In this document: one piece after another, positions 11,750-24,619 of the stretch | Position numbering within the stretch: the first letter of the stretch is position 1 | How the letters are laid out: each line of letters starts with the position of its first letter | DNA from: Salisapilia sapeloensis CBS 127946 | Taxonomy: Eukaryota; Protista; Oomycota | Direction of reading: 5' to 3' | Assembly: GCA_023334545.1 (NCBI GenBank) | Contig: JAADVB010000063.1 | Coordinates: 16,618-80,617 of the forward strand | Length of the DNA: 64,000 nt | The notes under the pieces: model-generated | Told to the model about the DNA's origin: nothing | What the model saw: only the letters and a program-made list of their open reading frames with translations | The model's database searches: none | Position numbers and translations under genes: made by a program

Positions 11750-13850
11750 TCAGTATTTTCGATACTTCCTTTAATCGTTTACGAAGTATATATCTGGTTG
11801 ATGCGAAGATGGACGCTTCATTATACCCAACATAAAGCTGCGCTACTTTACCGATGGAAGTTTTCTCGCACCCGGAGTAGACAATTTCCTCCGTATTGAC
11901 GATTGACTGATGGTAAATGTCATTTGTACAAAGTTTTAAAGCATTTCCTGAGTTTCCGCGATAGCAATTTCTGTGTAGGATCTTTGAATATCTACTATTT
12001 CGATGCAAATGAATGCAGGATATATACTCCAGATGTGACTCGTCATGGTGGTGAAAATGTGAACTAGAGATCAATGATTCGATCGAGGATAAAGAGAAGC
12101 TTAATTTGGATGTGCTTAGCGAATTATCTTTCATTCGCCTCGCAATGATCAAAGTTACCACCATTGTATTCATCACAAACAAAATCCAGCATCTTTCATA
12201 AGTGTGCTTTCTTCGCCATGAGGCATTGCTGCCAGCGTTTGAAATCACAAAATATTTGTACTCGGCAAGCTTGTAGGCCGGGTTCGTGCTGAATCAACCA
12301 ACTTTGCGTTTACTGAGGATTGTCAATTTGGCTTTATCATTTGCCACAAAGCTGCCTTCATAGCAAATCAATCTAAATTTAGCATTAAACCATGTATTTA
12401 AAAGGATGTGCGGAATGCTGTATGATGGAGATGACGCTATATATTCCAAAATTAGGTAGCTACTGGTGCTCCACTTTCCATTTAAACTGCCATCTCCATT
12501 TACATGCTCATAGGAACGTGCTCTACGAGGTAATTTCAACATATAGGTGACGTATATCAGAGCAAATGAGCTGAGGATCGACATACCCTTTCTACGGTCT
12601 GCCTGCTTTGATCAGCATCATATCCCAATAATCGCCATTTCTTCATCGACAAAGTTTTACGTGTTTGCTTAAGTAGTATCGATTGCACATAGGAGTATCC
12701 CCGATTATGCTCTCAACAAACACGGTCCAAATCCTCTGTCCAGATGATTACAACACCAAGATCATAGCCCATGATCCACAACAACGACTACATCTTAGCT
12801 CACACCACCGTCATCGTTCATATCTCGAAAGAAAATGACAGGAAAACAAAGCGTCTATACCTTTACGCTTTGCTTCCATAATACGCAAAGTGATAGCTTA
12901 TGAACTATGCCATAGCTCGTATAATACAGCTTTAACCGATGTCAGAAGTAGTGCACCACATCCAGGTTTCTACGTTCGCTCATGCTTGCAAACTGCTATG
13001 GTACTGTGAAAAGCTGCTAGAGGCCTATACTGTATTCTCTAGTTTGAATAAACCTTCAAAGACTTTCCTAATTCAAGCCAGCAGCGCTTGCATTTCATAT
13101 AATATTATCCGTTCTACATTCTTCAATAAAGGAGGGCAAGGACGATTTTTAAGGGGATCAGTACTGAGTATCGTCCTGCATACATATTCGATGTTCTTCC
13201 TTGGATCAGTTGTCAAATGCTACCGCAATAAACTTTACAAGAGACATTGCAACCTTCTTACAATAAAACTGAAGAAAATCAAGTCGCAGCGTGTATGATC
13301 TCATGAAACTCATATTCCTCGCTGCTATCTTTGTTTCCAGCACTTTCAAGCACGCCTTGATGTCTGGGTCATCGACCAGGCATGCCAAACTTCCAGCTGC
13401 TAGATAACGTTCGGCGCATGATTCTTCGATGCGTTGTGAATGGTTACTATGATCGCTTTGAATGGAGTTTTCGTAATCTATCCCATCTAGCTCTTGAGTT
13501 TTTAATGTCCCCGAGGTCTTGTTCATTCGTAGCACTGTCATGAAGTCGTAGAACCTGGTCCACTTCCTTCATAGACGTACCGATAAGATCGGAGGCGGGA
13601 AGAGCTAGTTCCTGTGGCTGCAGCCTTGCCTTATCAGCATGCTATCGCCCTTTTTGTCGTTCCATAACTTTTGAATGGCGCAAGGAACTTTCGGCGTATC
13701 TGACACTAGCAGACGTGGATGAAAGTAGGGACAAGTTGGCGATATCCTCAGGCGTTGGGTATGCAAACGAAGATCGACTGGACACGACCAGAATAACAGA
13801 GAGTCGTGCGTGTATTGGGATCTTGTGGATGCACATTGTCTCAATGAGAT
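11750..13850 (-). pseudogene. Decayed coding region with many stops and frameshifts; possibly a secreted effector-like gene remnant
   Basis: Several minus-strand ORF fragments of 64-179 aa with protein-like composition are broken by stops and not joined by clear introns. The 5' fragment has a hydrophobic signal-like stretch (RLSVILVVSSRSSFAYP). Confidence 0.3.
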
Positions 13851-14398
13851 AGTAGTTACAATGTCAAAGACGACGTGTCCATTGCTACCGGTTTACATGT
13901 TGACGGCAGTGAAGATCTAAATAAAAAGTAATAAAGGCTGCTTCAGAAACTAGAAGCTAAATCCATCTGCTCTGCGGGATACTTGCTCGATTGTTGGTTG
14001 TAAAGCCACCTCCTATCGCTCCTACCAAGCAGCCTCCTCGCCAATGCCAATCTCCACCTCCTTTCCAACCTCGAGTGAGAAGGTACTCGTCCATCTGAAG
14101 ATCGTAGATGCGATATGCAACATCGCGGCGACCGTATGCAAGCTCCAACATACAGACGCTCATACAGTTGCGACGAGATCCGATACGACCAGCTGATGTA
14201 CTGGATGAGATGATCAGCCGAGATGCGCAGTATGCCCGCGCTATGTGTACATTGAAGTTCCGGTGTGCGCACCTTCGAGCAACCGGCGCGCGCCATTATA
14301 GAGCTCCACGTTCGGTTTTCCTCGTTTGCACCACCTTCGTGCGACAATACACTTATTTACCATTTTCTCGGCGAAATCAAAATCCGATTTCACAAGGA

Positions 14399-16033
14399 AT
14401 GACGCGTCCGACCATGTCCAAGATGGACGGCATGAGTACTAGTGACTACATGGGCGAGCACCACTCTCCGTTTAGCTTCGAGGCAGTGTCGCCCGACAAC
14501 GGTAGTGGCAATTCCGATACGGACTCGCTCGACGCCTTCCTCTCGTCCAACGGTGGCGGCCAGTCGATGCTTCTCGGCATGTACGCACCGTCCTTTGGTG
14601 AGTTTGACTTTGAAGAAACCATGCAGTCGCTCCCGCCATCGAGTGGCAGCTCTCCGTCACCCTCGCCATACCCACATAACACGCCTCCACCCACGGCATC
14701 TGGTCCGTTCCCAGTCTTTAGTTCACAACAAGGATACTACAGCTCGAATGCCCCGATGCAGACGTACGGTGAGCCTTCTCCGACGTTCTCGATCGGTAAA
14801 GGTCTCGACAGCGTCTCGTTTGACATGAAACGAGAGCCGATGAACACTTCTCCCACGAGTTCTTCGAGTTCAAAAGCCATGAACGATGCTGGGAAAGACT
14901 CGGAAGAGATTTTGAAAGCTCCTGTGAAAAGTCTGACGGAACATGAAAAGAAACTCCGTCGTCGAGCACAAGTAGCCAAGTCTGCGAGGAAACATCGGAA
15001 CCGTCAAAAGGTGCGACCTCTAGCTATTTATATCTCTTTTTTACATGTCATTAACGTTATCGTATAGGAAGAACTGGCTCAATTGCGTGAACAAGTGCAG
15101 ATGCTACAAGATCAAATGGCTCGTATGCACAACTCAAGTCCGAACATGACGGCGGAAACCATTAAGCAGGAGGAAGAAGAGATTACGCAGCGCCGGAAGC
15201 GAAAGAAGGGATTGGACACTTCTACCGACTATGCGTGTGCCAGTCCGAGCTTGAAGTCGACTGCGGCGGATGAAGACGGGAACCTCGGACCACATTGTTA
15301 CCACCAGCTTCCAGTTGATCCAGCCTCTCGAGCAAGTACAATCCGGAGCATTGCAGACGCCCGTATGGACCGAGCGATTAAAGCTGTTCGAGCCACCATT
15401 GGTCGTCACGATGTGTCGTTCCCGCACATGGACATCAAGTTGAATTCAAACGGTCCAGACTTGGAGATCCAGATCATGCGTGGTCGCTTCTTGCCTGGTC
15501 TGACGCACCAGCAAGTGGGTGACGCGAGTTGGAATACGGTCTTCAGCTTCCTTTTAGACATTCCGAAGAAATTCCAAAAGTATTGTCGAGCGGAAAAACT
15601 AGTGGAAGTGGATGAGAATACGCGATATGGTCGAACGGTGACACCAATCATGCGCAATAGCGAAACGAAGGAAGTGGTGTACATGCACAGCTACTTGATC
15701 GTTCGACGTCGCGTGACGGAGAATTATACGTGCTTTACGTGGGAAAGTGTGGCTGCGGATGCCTTGTATCCGTCTGAACCATCCCGTACGTTACTCATGA
15801 ACCAAGAAATGGGATGTACGTTGCTCGAGACTGAGTATCTGCCGGATGGAAGTGTCCAGACGTTGTTCCGAGCCATGAACAATGCGACGCCACCGGCGAA
15901 CGCGATTGCGGAACCTCGCGGGAAGATCAACGAAGCTTTCTTGACAACGTTCTGTCGCAGTGCCGAGGTCTTGGAAGCGTCGGCACGGAATCTGCTGCTG
16001 AAGCGACATCCGCACTACCAGCCGAATCTCTAA
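14399..16033 (+). CDS. Atypical bZIP transcription factor (Val at the invariant Asn position) with C-terminal START-like domain; 2 exons
   Basis: Intron 15011-15067. Basic region RRRAQVAKSARKHRNRQK is followed by the zipper LREQVQMLQDQMARM. Ser/Pro-rich N-terminus. C-terminal domain contains IVRRRVTENYTCFTWESVAADALYP. Confidence 0.75.
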
Positions 16034-16442
16034 TGCCGCCTTTCGGAAGACATTTCGTTGCTTATTCATGTTCGTAGAGAACCTGTGGGAAGTGTAGCTT
16101 TTCATCCAGGTCGTTGGAACCTCGGTGTGAATGTATTTCCAACATGCCCTATTTTCTGTTGTCATCCTTGTGCGTTTATTAATGGTGGTCCTTGCTTTTC
16201 CTCGTCGAGAACATGGAGCGCATGCGTTTCCTGCAAGGAAGGTTGCGCATTTTTAAAGTGGAAGGTTGCGCGTATTCTGCCACATAACTTGTACATCACC
16301 ACTCTGGAAGAGGATAAGACGATGAATAATCCGCTGTATCCGTCATGTATCTCTACTTTGCGCTTTCATGAGGTACTTTTATCTACATTTAATGGCCGTA
16401 TCAAAGATAGAAGAGGTTGCTGATGCCGAAACGTGCTGGTAG

Positions 16443-16841
16443 ATGATGCAAGATGGTACAATGACGTCGAAAGACCTAAAAGCATTGGACAATAGCAGCG
16501 CCACGAATTCCTATCAACGCATGCGCTCTTGCGATCATCGTTTCCAGGAACTCATGAAAGGCGTATCAGCTCTCCAGCGAAAGAAGCAGCCAGAAGAACA
16601 TCCTGACAGTCTCTACAGCTCCTACCTTGGCTGTATCAGCGAAGCCTTATGTCCTTCGGCCTTGGAGACCTGGACGTCGTGTTTAAAAGCGCGAGCGGAA
16701 CGTATACAAGAAGGCATAGAGGTAGAAGACGATGAAGAAGTACCATGCGCCGTGGAAAAGCGCCTACTAGAACGATGTCTTCGAGGCGAGACGTCTCATC
16801 TGCTTCGAGCGTCTCAACCAGAGACGTTCCGTCGGTCCTAG
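16443..16841 (+). CDS. Small twin CX9C (CHCH-like) protein, probable mitochondrial intermembrane-space substrate
   Basis: 132 aa containing CPSALETWTSC and CAVEKRLLERC (both C-x9-C), plus two additional upstream Cys. Confidence 0.55.
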   Translation: MMQDGTMTSKDLKALDNSSATNSYQRMRSCDHRFQELMKGVSALQRKKQPEEHPDSLYSSYLGCISEALCPSALETWTSCLKARAERIQEGIEVEDDEEVPCAVEKRLLERCLRGETSHLLRASQPETFRRS

Positions 16842-16924
16842 AATTGGAGTAACGTTGTGGGGTTTTATTGTTTCTCGCCTTCCTACGCAAAAGTCTCTTG
16901 TCATGCTTTTTATTTCTCTCTCCT

Positions 16925-18899
16925 TTACACGATCTGATAGACGTCCGTCGTCAAGAGTTTATCAAAGCCGAATTGCACAGGTGTCTTGTCTTCAATCGTT
17001 GACACGGACACGACGTCGACGTCGCTGTAGAGAGATCGGGAGAAGAAGGACACTGCCAATGGGAAGAAGGCATCCATATTGTTGCCTCGAATGGAAAACT
17101 CCAAGGTACCCGTATTGTTCCTACAGCAGACATGAGCAATAGCAAATGGACAAAGAGGAAGGCGAGGTCATACGAAGAGTCGATCTGGTCTTGATGCCAA
17201 ACGAGCGTCCCGTCATTCGCATTATGCTGGTATTGTCCGTCGACAGCATCGACGCTGGGTGCATCGTGCGTCCCCAACGGTACGACGATCATGACGTTTT
17301 CCAAGACCATGTCACGTTCCATCGAATATTCAATATTCACATTCATCTACCATGACATCAATCGGCCTTGTCTATCTAGATATAGGTAAAGAAAAGTACC
17401 TTGCCATTGCCTTCTTCTTCCGGCCAGCACGTGATGTTCAATGGGAGAAGACTTTCATCCTGCGACTTTTGACTCCATCGAAGGAGTGCCACACGCTTCG
17501 ACGGCAATGGTTTCGTTGCATCCTATCCCATCCTTAGCAAATATTCTCTTGGAGTAGATACAGCATGTCTTACCTTGAGTCCGAGCGTCGATTCTTTATC
17601 AAATAGCTTCTTGTCCACTTTCGGATGCGTCTACGTTACTCTTAGCACCATACAAACCTCTAGACAAACAACAAGAGTACCTGGAAGGTGACGCCAGGAG
17701 CAGGAGAGCATTTTAGTTGGAGTCGACTCTTTGCTTGCTCTGGGTCATTCGCCGTCACGAACAAGTTGCCCTTAATCTCCAACTGCTCCAACGCTCCCTC
17801 TCGATTCAACAGCACCGTCATCTTCTCCTCCACGACGGCATTCACCGGATCACTACTTGTCTGCACTTCCGGAGCTTTTGGAGCCTCCACGGCCGTACTA
17901 ACAGGCGGAAGGTCTTGCAATCCGTCCTCGGCAGCCATGGCATCTAGGAAGGAAGATCCGTTCGCTTTACTAGTGCCTCCACCACCTCCTAGTTTCATGC
18001 CGCCAGTGCTCTTAATCGGTGGCTCAGGCGCAGGCGTGTATGATGGAGGAGACGTCGGCATCGTCGCACCGCCAAAGGACGGTTCGATACCACCAAAGCT
18101 CGGGGCAGAACCCATGGACGAGGCGGAGCTGATGGAATTCGGATTGAAACCAGTGCTGAGACCTGCTCGTTCCATCCGTGCACGCTCTTGCTCTTCCTTC
18201 CGGATACGAGCCGAATGGCGCTTCATGTCGTCCTTGGCGGCAGCTCGTTTGGACTCGAGGATCATCTCATGCAGCTTCTCTTCGTGCGATTCCATCTCGA
18301 GGTTCGTGCGAATTTGCTGTAGAGAGACGTGCTCAGCGTGTCCACCGGCACAGAGGGCTTCATCAATGGCAAAAATGAGCTCGAACTGCTTTTCACGCAC
18401 GGCAGCTTCCGTCGGTGCGTCGCAGACGTCCGGGACGAGTTTCGCGAGGAGCTGGATGGTATGCAAGTCTTCGACAATGTTACTGGTTTTATTCGTGACG
18501 AGGAGGACGAAAAGGCTTTCTAGAGGCTGATAAACATAACGAACGCTGTCGGTATCAATGTACGTGTGCTCTCGAGATCCGCTTGACAAGAGTTTGGGGA
18601 AGGCCGTGAGTAGACCCTAGATGATACAGACCAGTTATAAAGATGTTATAGTATTAATTGGATAGGAGCAAAGTACCTCTAATCGCATACGCGTGATTTC
18701 GACAAATTGACGGGCAACGAGTACTAGATAATATGAATTGGTCAGCTTCCGATCCGGATGCTTCTATGTGGTAGAAAAGTACCTTTGCCACTGCGTGTGA
18801 GAACGGAGGCTGAGAGTACTACCTATGGGATGAAGGTGAGGAATAGATTCCTTGGGTTGGATCAAGATGGAGATGGTGGTAAGAAGAGAGACGCACCAT
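16925..18899 (-). CDS. ARCN1: Coatomer subunit delta (delta-COP), 8 exons
   Basis: Spliced N-terminus [39 protein letters not shown]...EHTYIDTDSVRYVYQPLESL...NKTSNIVEDL, then NLEMESHEEKL. C-terminal mu-homology domain ends GTLEFS...FFPLAVSF. Seven GT-AG introns; first coding exon is only ATG. Confidence 0.92.
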
Positions 18900-18951
18900 G
18901 ATCCTTCGCCACGCGTGTCGGGCAAGATGAGTTCGCTTTTCGGGCGTTAGA

Positions 18952-21900
18952 TCACTTTCCTCTTGAACTATGTATGATCTCGATCAAGTGCGATACAGAA
19001 GTAGAAGACACTCCGGACGGAATCAGATCAGGAAGCTGATTCGGGTACAAGACCAAGGCGAATGTCTTTGGAGGTATGTGCTTGAGCAATCTTCCGTGGT
19101 GCAAGTTCATGATATAAGGTGGAAGCATGATATGCACTGGTAGGGTAGGATTGGAGTGATGGGGGATGAGCTGTAGATGCTTTGGGGTTTCTCTCGAGGA
19201 GGTTGGAATGGAAAGTTGAGGACGATGAGTTGGAAAATGCATTGATCACTCACTAGGAACTGTCTTGGCTTTCAGCCTTTAAAAATAGAGAAGGAATGGA
19301 TTTATCTAAATCCAAGTAGAGATGAAGCTGAAGTAGGCATGCTTTGTGGAAAGCTCATTGAAAGCTATCATCGATCCAAACGAGCGAAGACGTCACTTTA
19401 CAAAGTATGCTGACACCTTCCTTCTTTTCATGCCTTTAGAACATAAAATAGGCTTCAGATGTGTGTCTATTCTGGAGTGCTTGGCTTTAATAATGGTCGG
19501 AAGAGCACCAAGCAAAAAGAGGTAAGAAGTAGGATACAGGGAGGAGGAAAAGAAGAGATGCCAACATCAAAAGTATAAGCTAAAGAGGTTAGAGCAGCAG
19601 GCGATAGAATTGGAGGTGAATGAGTATAGTATTTACTTGCAAGAGGATAGCGACGACATGAGAGGCTGTGTATCTGAAGATCTTAGCGTTAGCCACCACT
19701 GACGTAAAAGAAAATTGTATGTTATTCATCCGTTCCTGTTAAAATGACTTATCCTTCGTCGGAGATCCTGTGTGTAGACGTAGATGGAAACTAGCTATGC
19801 AATTCGCTAAATCCTCTGAATGGAGCTCACGAGCAAAATTGTACAGGTCGACTAGCTTGGAAATGATAGGATTTGCTGATAAGATGGCATCATCTGTCAC
19901 TGCGGCACTGATCAGAGCCTCCATAAATGGTTTCAGTTCGGCCACTGGTAAGGTAACCAGGACTTTGGCACACAAGATGGCGTTGGTGCAAGTCTGGAGA
20001 GAGTTGATAGCTTCCATTGTGAGATTACTCTTGATCACAGGATCGGATAGTACGAGTGTAAGCAGTTGAAGCGTGTTAATGTACACCGCTCGAGCTTCTG
20101 CGTTTCCCATTTCGATTGTGGCTGTAGCAAATTTGTGGATAATAGTCTCCGTCGATTCAGATGAAGGGCTTAAAAACAAACGAAGCCAATCTGAGTGGAT
20201 GTATGCTTTTTGATCGATCGCAGTTGCTTCCAGCAAGGACTTGCGGTCGTACATCCAAATATTTTGAATGGTCTGTGAAAGGGTAAATGCATTGAAAGTC
20301 AGAAGGATAACCTTTAAGGTAAATAAATTCATTATACCTGTAATAGGTGAGCAAAGAATGCTGTCTTGTTACCATTGCACTCGATAAAAGTTTGAATCGC
20401 TCGGCTGAAGATTCTTACCCAAGCTGCTGGTTTCCATACTTGCGAGCAGTTCGTCTTGGTGGCTGTTGGTGAAAAGATAAATATCTGTGTCGAAGAAGCT
20501 TTAGTACGTATGCACAAGCATCTAGCATCTACCGGAAATAAGTACCGCCACTGCTGCCCATGTAACTGCTTCCAATACGAGATTTGGTCCACTCCCTTGC
20601 GTGTATGTTTTGCTTGATTTCTAATATAGCATGAGTGATTAAAAATTAATTTTACAAGGCTAGATAAATACACACAGATTGCTTATTCGACTCGGGGAAG
20701 AGATGGAATAGCTGATTGTTCTCCCGTTTCCAACTGTGCAGTTCCAATTCGTCATTTTTCTGCCAAGTCTCCTTCTCTTCGCTTGGACTATACCCGTTCT
20801 TTACTGTCTTCCATCGATAAAGCAAACTTCGTCCGAGTGTATATTCTAATATACTTGCTAGTAGAGCAATTTTCTGTTGTATAGATTCATGAGAAATGAT
20901 GTTATATATACAGTAACCTTCAGGCTAAGACTTACATGGCATTGACGAGCATGTTGTATGTGTTCATAATTCGTATCCTGAACTTGTTCATTTAGTGTTT
21001 TGGCGATAAAGCTACTTTCTTCGATAATGATGAATAGCTGCCGACGATGTGGACAAGAGAGTAACCATTTGTAAAACCATTTTGCTGTCGGGTCCAATAG
21101 AGCAAACAATAGACTAGGCCTAGCATCAACTTGTGCACTTACTGCTTCCGAGCGTGCATTCAGTAGCTGAAACGTACTGCAGAAGAGCTTGGCGACTGTC
21201 TCTGGAAGGATGTATTTCCAATGCATTGGTAACTTCATCGTAGCCGAGTAGAGCACACGGAATATATCCAGCAACAGGAGCGTATGATGACTACCCTCTA
21301 CCAGCTCTTCAATCTTGAGACATAGAGTGCCATTCACAATTAGCTCTCCAACTGTATCGAATAAACCTGAGTACAGTTGGATGAAAGAATTTGCTTCTTG
21401 CATGTGTCTTGTGAGGTGAAGAAGCACTTTCATTGCTTTCCTAGCCTGCTCACTGTCCAAGTTGGTCAACGCTGCAGTGAGAATGGACTGAGTGAAGACA
21501 GAGATGTCCACTCCAGAGTACTCTAGCTCTTGCGCTTGGATCTATAAGACGTTAAAGTAAGTGACTTGAAGTATCCGACAGACATGGAAACCTACTTGAG
21601 TTAGTTGTAGTATAGCTTTTGTTCGCACTGCTTCATCACAGGCTTTTAATTGCTCAACAAGTGAGCTCAAGTCGGTCTCTCTATCATCGCTGTACCACCA
21701 AGATCACGTGAGTTAGTACAGATCACGTAGAAATGAGAATAGTCATAGAGTTTATAGGCAGAAACCTGAAATCGGAGTGGAAGTCATCAAAGACGCAAAT
21801 GTCAGTGTTACTATGGTTGTTTGCAAGGAATGTGCTTTCGCTCGCATTCATCGACAACTCAGGAGGTAGATTTCTAGCTACATTTTTCCAGAAAGAAGAG

Positions 21901-22400
21901 CTCATATCGTCCAATTCCACTGCTGTTCGTTCTTGTCCTCTTTCATGTCTGTTGGCATGCGCTAAAGCATGACACTGCTCATCCTGAGCAGGACAATGCA
22001 ATAGCGCTGCTTTCTCACTCTCCAGGACTCTTTTAAAGTACTCTACAGCATGCTGAAAAGCAGTGGTATTTGCAACTGCGTGAAGTACGTCCTTGCAGTC
22101 TTGCATCTCATGACAATGCGCCTTGAACTGACTACGCACTGCATCCGACAGATGTTTGGATAGATACTCTCGGATAAGCCGGACACTCTGTAGTTCCCAT
22201 TTCTCCGGCTCTCGATCTCCCATTTCAATTACTGCTTGTCCGATATCATGCAGATCCTCACCCAGCTATTTGTCATATGCACATTATATATCATCCATAA
22301 ACCTTCATTGCCAACGATCGTCTACCACAGTCGTCTCATCTACTCTTGCCAGGATCTCCTCCAACTGTGGCTGGAGGATATGCATGATCTCTGCTAACAA
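18952..22400 (-). CDS. Large multi-exon uncharacterised helical protein (weak resemblance to C12orf56/DUF4551-like proteins)
   Basis: Successive minus-strand ORFs 21723-22223, 20858-21511, 20332-20673 and 19739-20332 are Leu-rich and helical, with intron-like ends. Start and stop are not resolved. The family resemblance is from memory and weak. Confidence 0.4.
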
Positions 22401-22594
22401 TCCATGCGTCCCCATTTGCATCTTTCACGAAAGTCACGACGAGATGAACCGTCGCGACTGTCTCTACACTTATTCTCGATCTGAAACCATCTACCTATGA
22501 TTCTCAGGTCCTTTCAAGAAAGTAAAGGTAGACAAGAAGAAATTTAAGTATAGTATGAAAGAGTACAATGTTGTCCAGAGGAATCTACGAAAAT

Positions 22595-24034
22595 CTATGC
22601 TTGGGCAATGACGTCGTCCTGCATTTTGGCGTATAAGAGTCGAGTGCAGAACGAACGGTTGTTGTCGAGGCTCATAGCGAAGGCTCTTGCCGAATTTGTA
22701 GCTTCATCTTTCACACTTTCCACCATCTTGGTGCAAACGACACGACATACGACGCGGTCAATGCCGTCATCACACGTTTCGAGACGCAACATGGCTGCTC
22801 CAAGGACGTTTCGCTTTGCCTTGGTCGTCGGACGCAACGGTTGCAAATCATCTTGTTCGACGAAGTCCCATCCGATGACGGCACATGTCGGTGTCGTGCG
22901 ATAGTAGCAGACGACTCGAGACTCAATATCCACATCTTCCTCCGTCTCTGTGCGTTGGTACTTTAGCTGCAAGTGTCCATAGCTCACGCGCGCGAACTCG
23001 TCTGTGTCCATCATACGCGTCTTATTGCGCGTGAGGTTATAGTTCGGCGTTTCAAGCGATCCGTCGAGGAAGGCTGGGAGAGCGACCTTCAGGGCTTTAC
23101 TAACGTCACTCGTGCAGAGCGGATAGATGGCATGCGACGAGAAGCCACTGAGCAAACGTTCCTTTGTCCGGATGGATTCGTCGAGCGATTGGGCCCAAAA
23201 GACAGGCTCATCGACTGGCGTTGGCTGGGACACGCTTTGCAAGTACTGCACGGCCATGTCGAGTTTTTCATCTGCACAAAGGTTCTGGATCTCACGACTA
23301 CGCTGGGTGTCGCTCGTGCTGAGGTACGTGGCCGTGTGGAGTAGTCGGTAGGGCGAGAGACCAAAGTTTTCCCACGGGATGTTGATGAACATACTGCGGA
23401 GATTAGAGAGGAACATGCTTTGATGGAAGAGACCCATCTTGAGCTGCTTGCTCTCCTCCATCACCTGCAATCGTCGACGTTCTTGCAGCTTGGCTTCTTC
23501 CTCCCATCTGGCTTCACCTTCCGACGTTCGAGACTGCTTCCGCGTCTCGCGCAGAGCTTCTAAATCCTTGGAAAGCGTGTTGACTTCCTGCTCTAGTTCA
23601 TGTCGCTCGCGCTTCTTCCGCGCACGATACCGACGAACACCGTTGGTGATCTGCGCTCGGCGTCGAGCTTTCTTGTCCGGACTGGTAGCTTTGGTGGAGA
23701 GCTTGTCGTCGCTCTTCGTGGGAGAAGAGGAGCTGTTCGAGTCGGACGCTGGGTCCGACGTGTCACCGTTCGAGTGGAATGCTTGGATGGGATACGGCTT
23801 CATAGCTGCATTCTCTTCGTCACTAAAGAGCGCATTCATATTGCCTGGTTTCGTCGGTGGCATATTGACATTCGATGGCGGGACGGCCGGTTCGTCTTGC
23901 AGTAGCATGGAGAGCAAGTCAGAGCCAGTGTTTGGTGGCAGGACTGTGTCTTGATTCTGCGGTGGCATCGGATCATTATTGTCTTCCATGAACATGGAAA
24001 AGAGATCCAACGGCTCTTGTACGTTCGTATTCAT
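22595..24034 (-). CDS. Atypical bZIP (Ile at the Asn position) with M96-like helical segment and START-like C-terminal domain; intronless
   Basis: Basic region RRRAQITNGVRRYRARKK and zipper LEQEVNTLSKDLEAL. Second helix WEEEAKLQERRRLQVMEESKQLKMGLFHQSMFLSNLRSM. C-terminal RVVCYYRTTPTCAVIGWDFVEQDDLQP. First ATG is at 24034; the track start at 24091 is GTG. Confidence 0.75.
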   Translation of the reverse strand: MNTNVQEPLDLFSMFMEDNNDPMPPQNQDTVLPPNTGSDLLSMLLQDEPAVPPSNVNMPPTKPGNMNALFSDEENAAMKPYPIQAFHSNGDTSDPASDSNSSSSPTKSDDKLSTKATSPDKKARRRAQITNGVRRYRARKKRERHELEQEVNTLSKDLEALRETRKQSRTSEGEARWEEEAKLQERRRLQVMEESKQLKMGLFHQSMFLSNLRSMFINIPWENFGLSPYRLLHTATYLSTSDTQRSREIQNLCADEKLDMAVQYLQSVSQPTPVDEPVFWAQSLDESIRTKERLLSGFSSHAIYPLCTSDVSKALKVALPAFLDGSLETPNYNLTRNKTRMMDTDEFARVSYGHLQLKYQRTETEEDVDIESRVVCYYRTTPTCAVIGWDFVEQDDLQPLRPTTKAKRNVLGAAMLRLETCDDGIDRVVCRVVCTKMVESVKDEATNSARAFAMSLDNNRSFCTRLLYAKMQDDVIAQA

Positions 24035-24619
24035 GTTCGGGACGGGAGTGAGAGAAAGCGAAAAGCGATGCGGTGGCTGCTGCCTTTCCACTCCGATGGG
24101 AATTTAATTGTGAGCTTTTAGCCACAAGTCGATTATGCATCACACCGATTCGAAGTAGATGTCGCCGTTGATTGGTTGAATAGTCGCAGGAATAGGTTTT
24201 GCCTTGTTGTTTCGATGAACGCTTGGCAACAGCGAAGCTTCTAAAATGTGACCAAAAGTGGTACTTTCCAACGTGTGATCGTACTTGCCATTGCTTAAAT
24301 GAAAAGATTGTTCTTGTCACTTTGAACGCTAGTAGACTCTATACCTTACTACATCCAGCCATGTCTTGACGCCGGATGAACAGAATCCGTTGAAAGTATG
24401 GTGGGCGCGTCGCAGAAAAGCTCGAGACGATGCTTGAAAAACAGAAGATTCCATTTCGTGCCACTTTTTGGATGGAAGTCAAACGAACTCAATTTTTTGG
24501 TATAGTCCAGGGCGTAGGTTTTGCATACGTTGCCACACGCTTCGATCACGTAGAGCATCATTCAGCCATTATCTCTACTTCGCATACCACCGTATCTCCT
24601 TCCAGCCACTACTATTGCC

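Noticed and set aside
17688-18530. 280-aa plus-strand ORF antisense to delta-COP
   Set aside because: Shadow ORF with low-information Ser/Ala/Gly composition.
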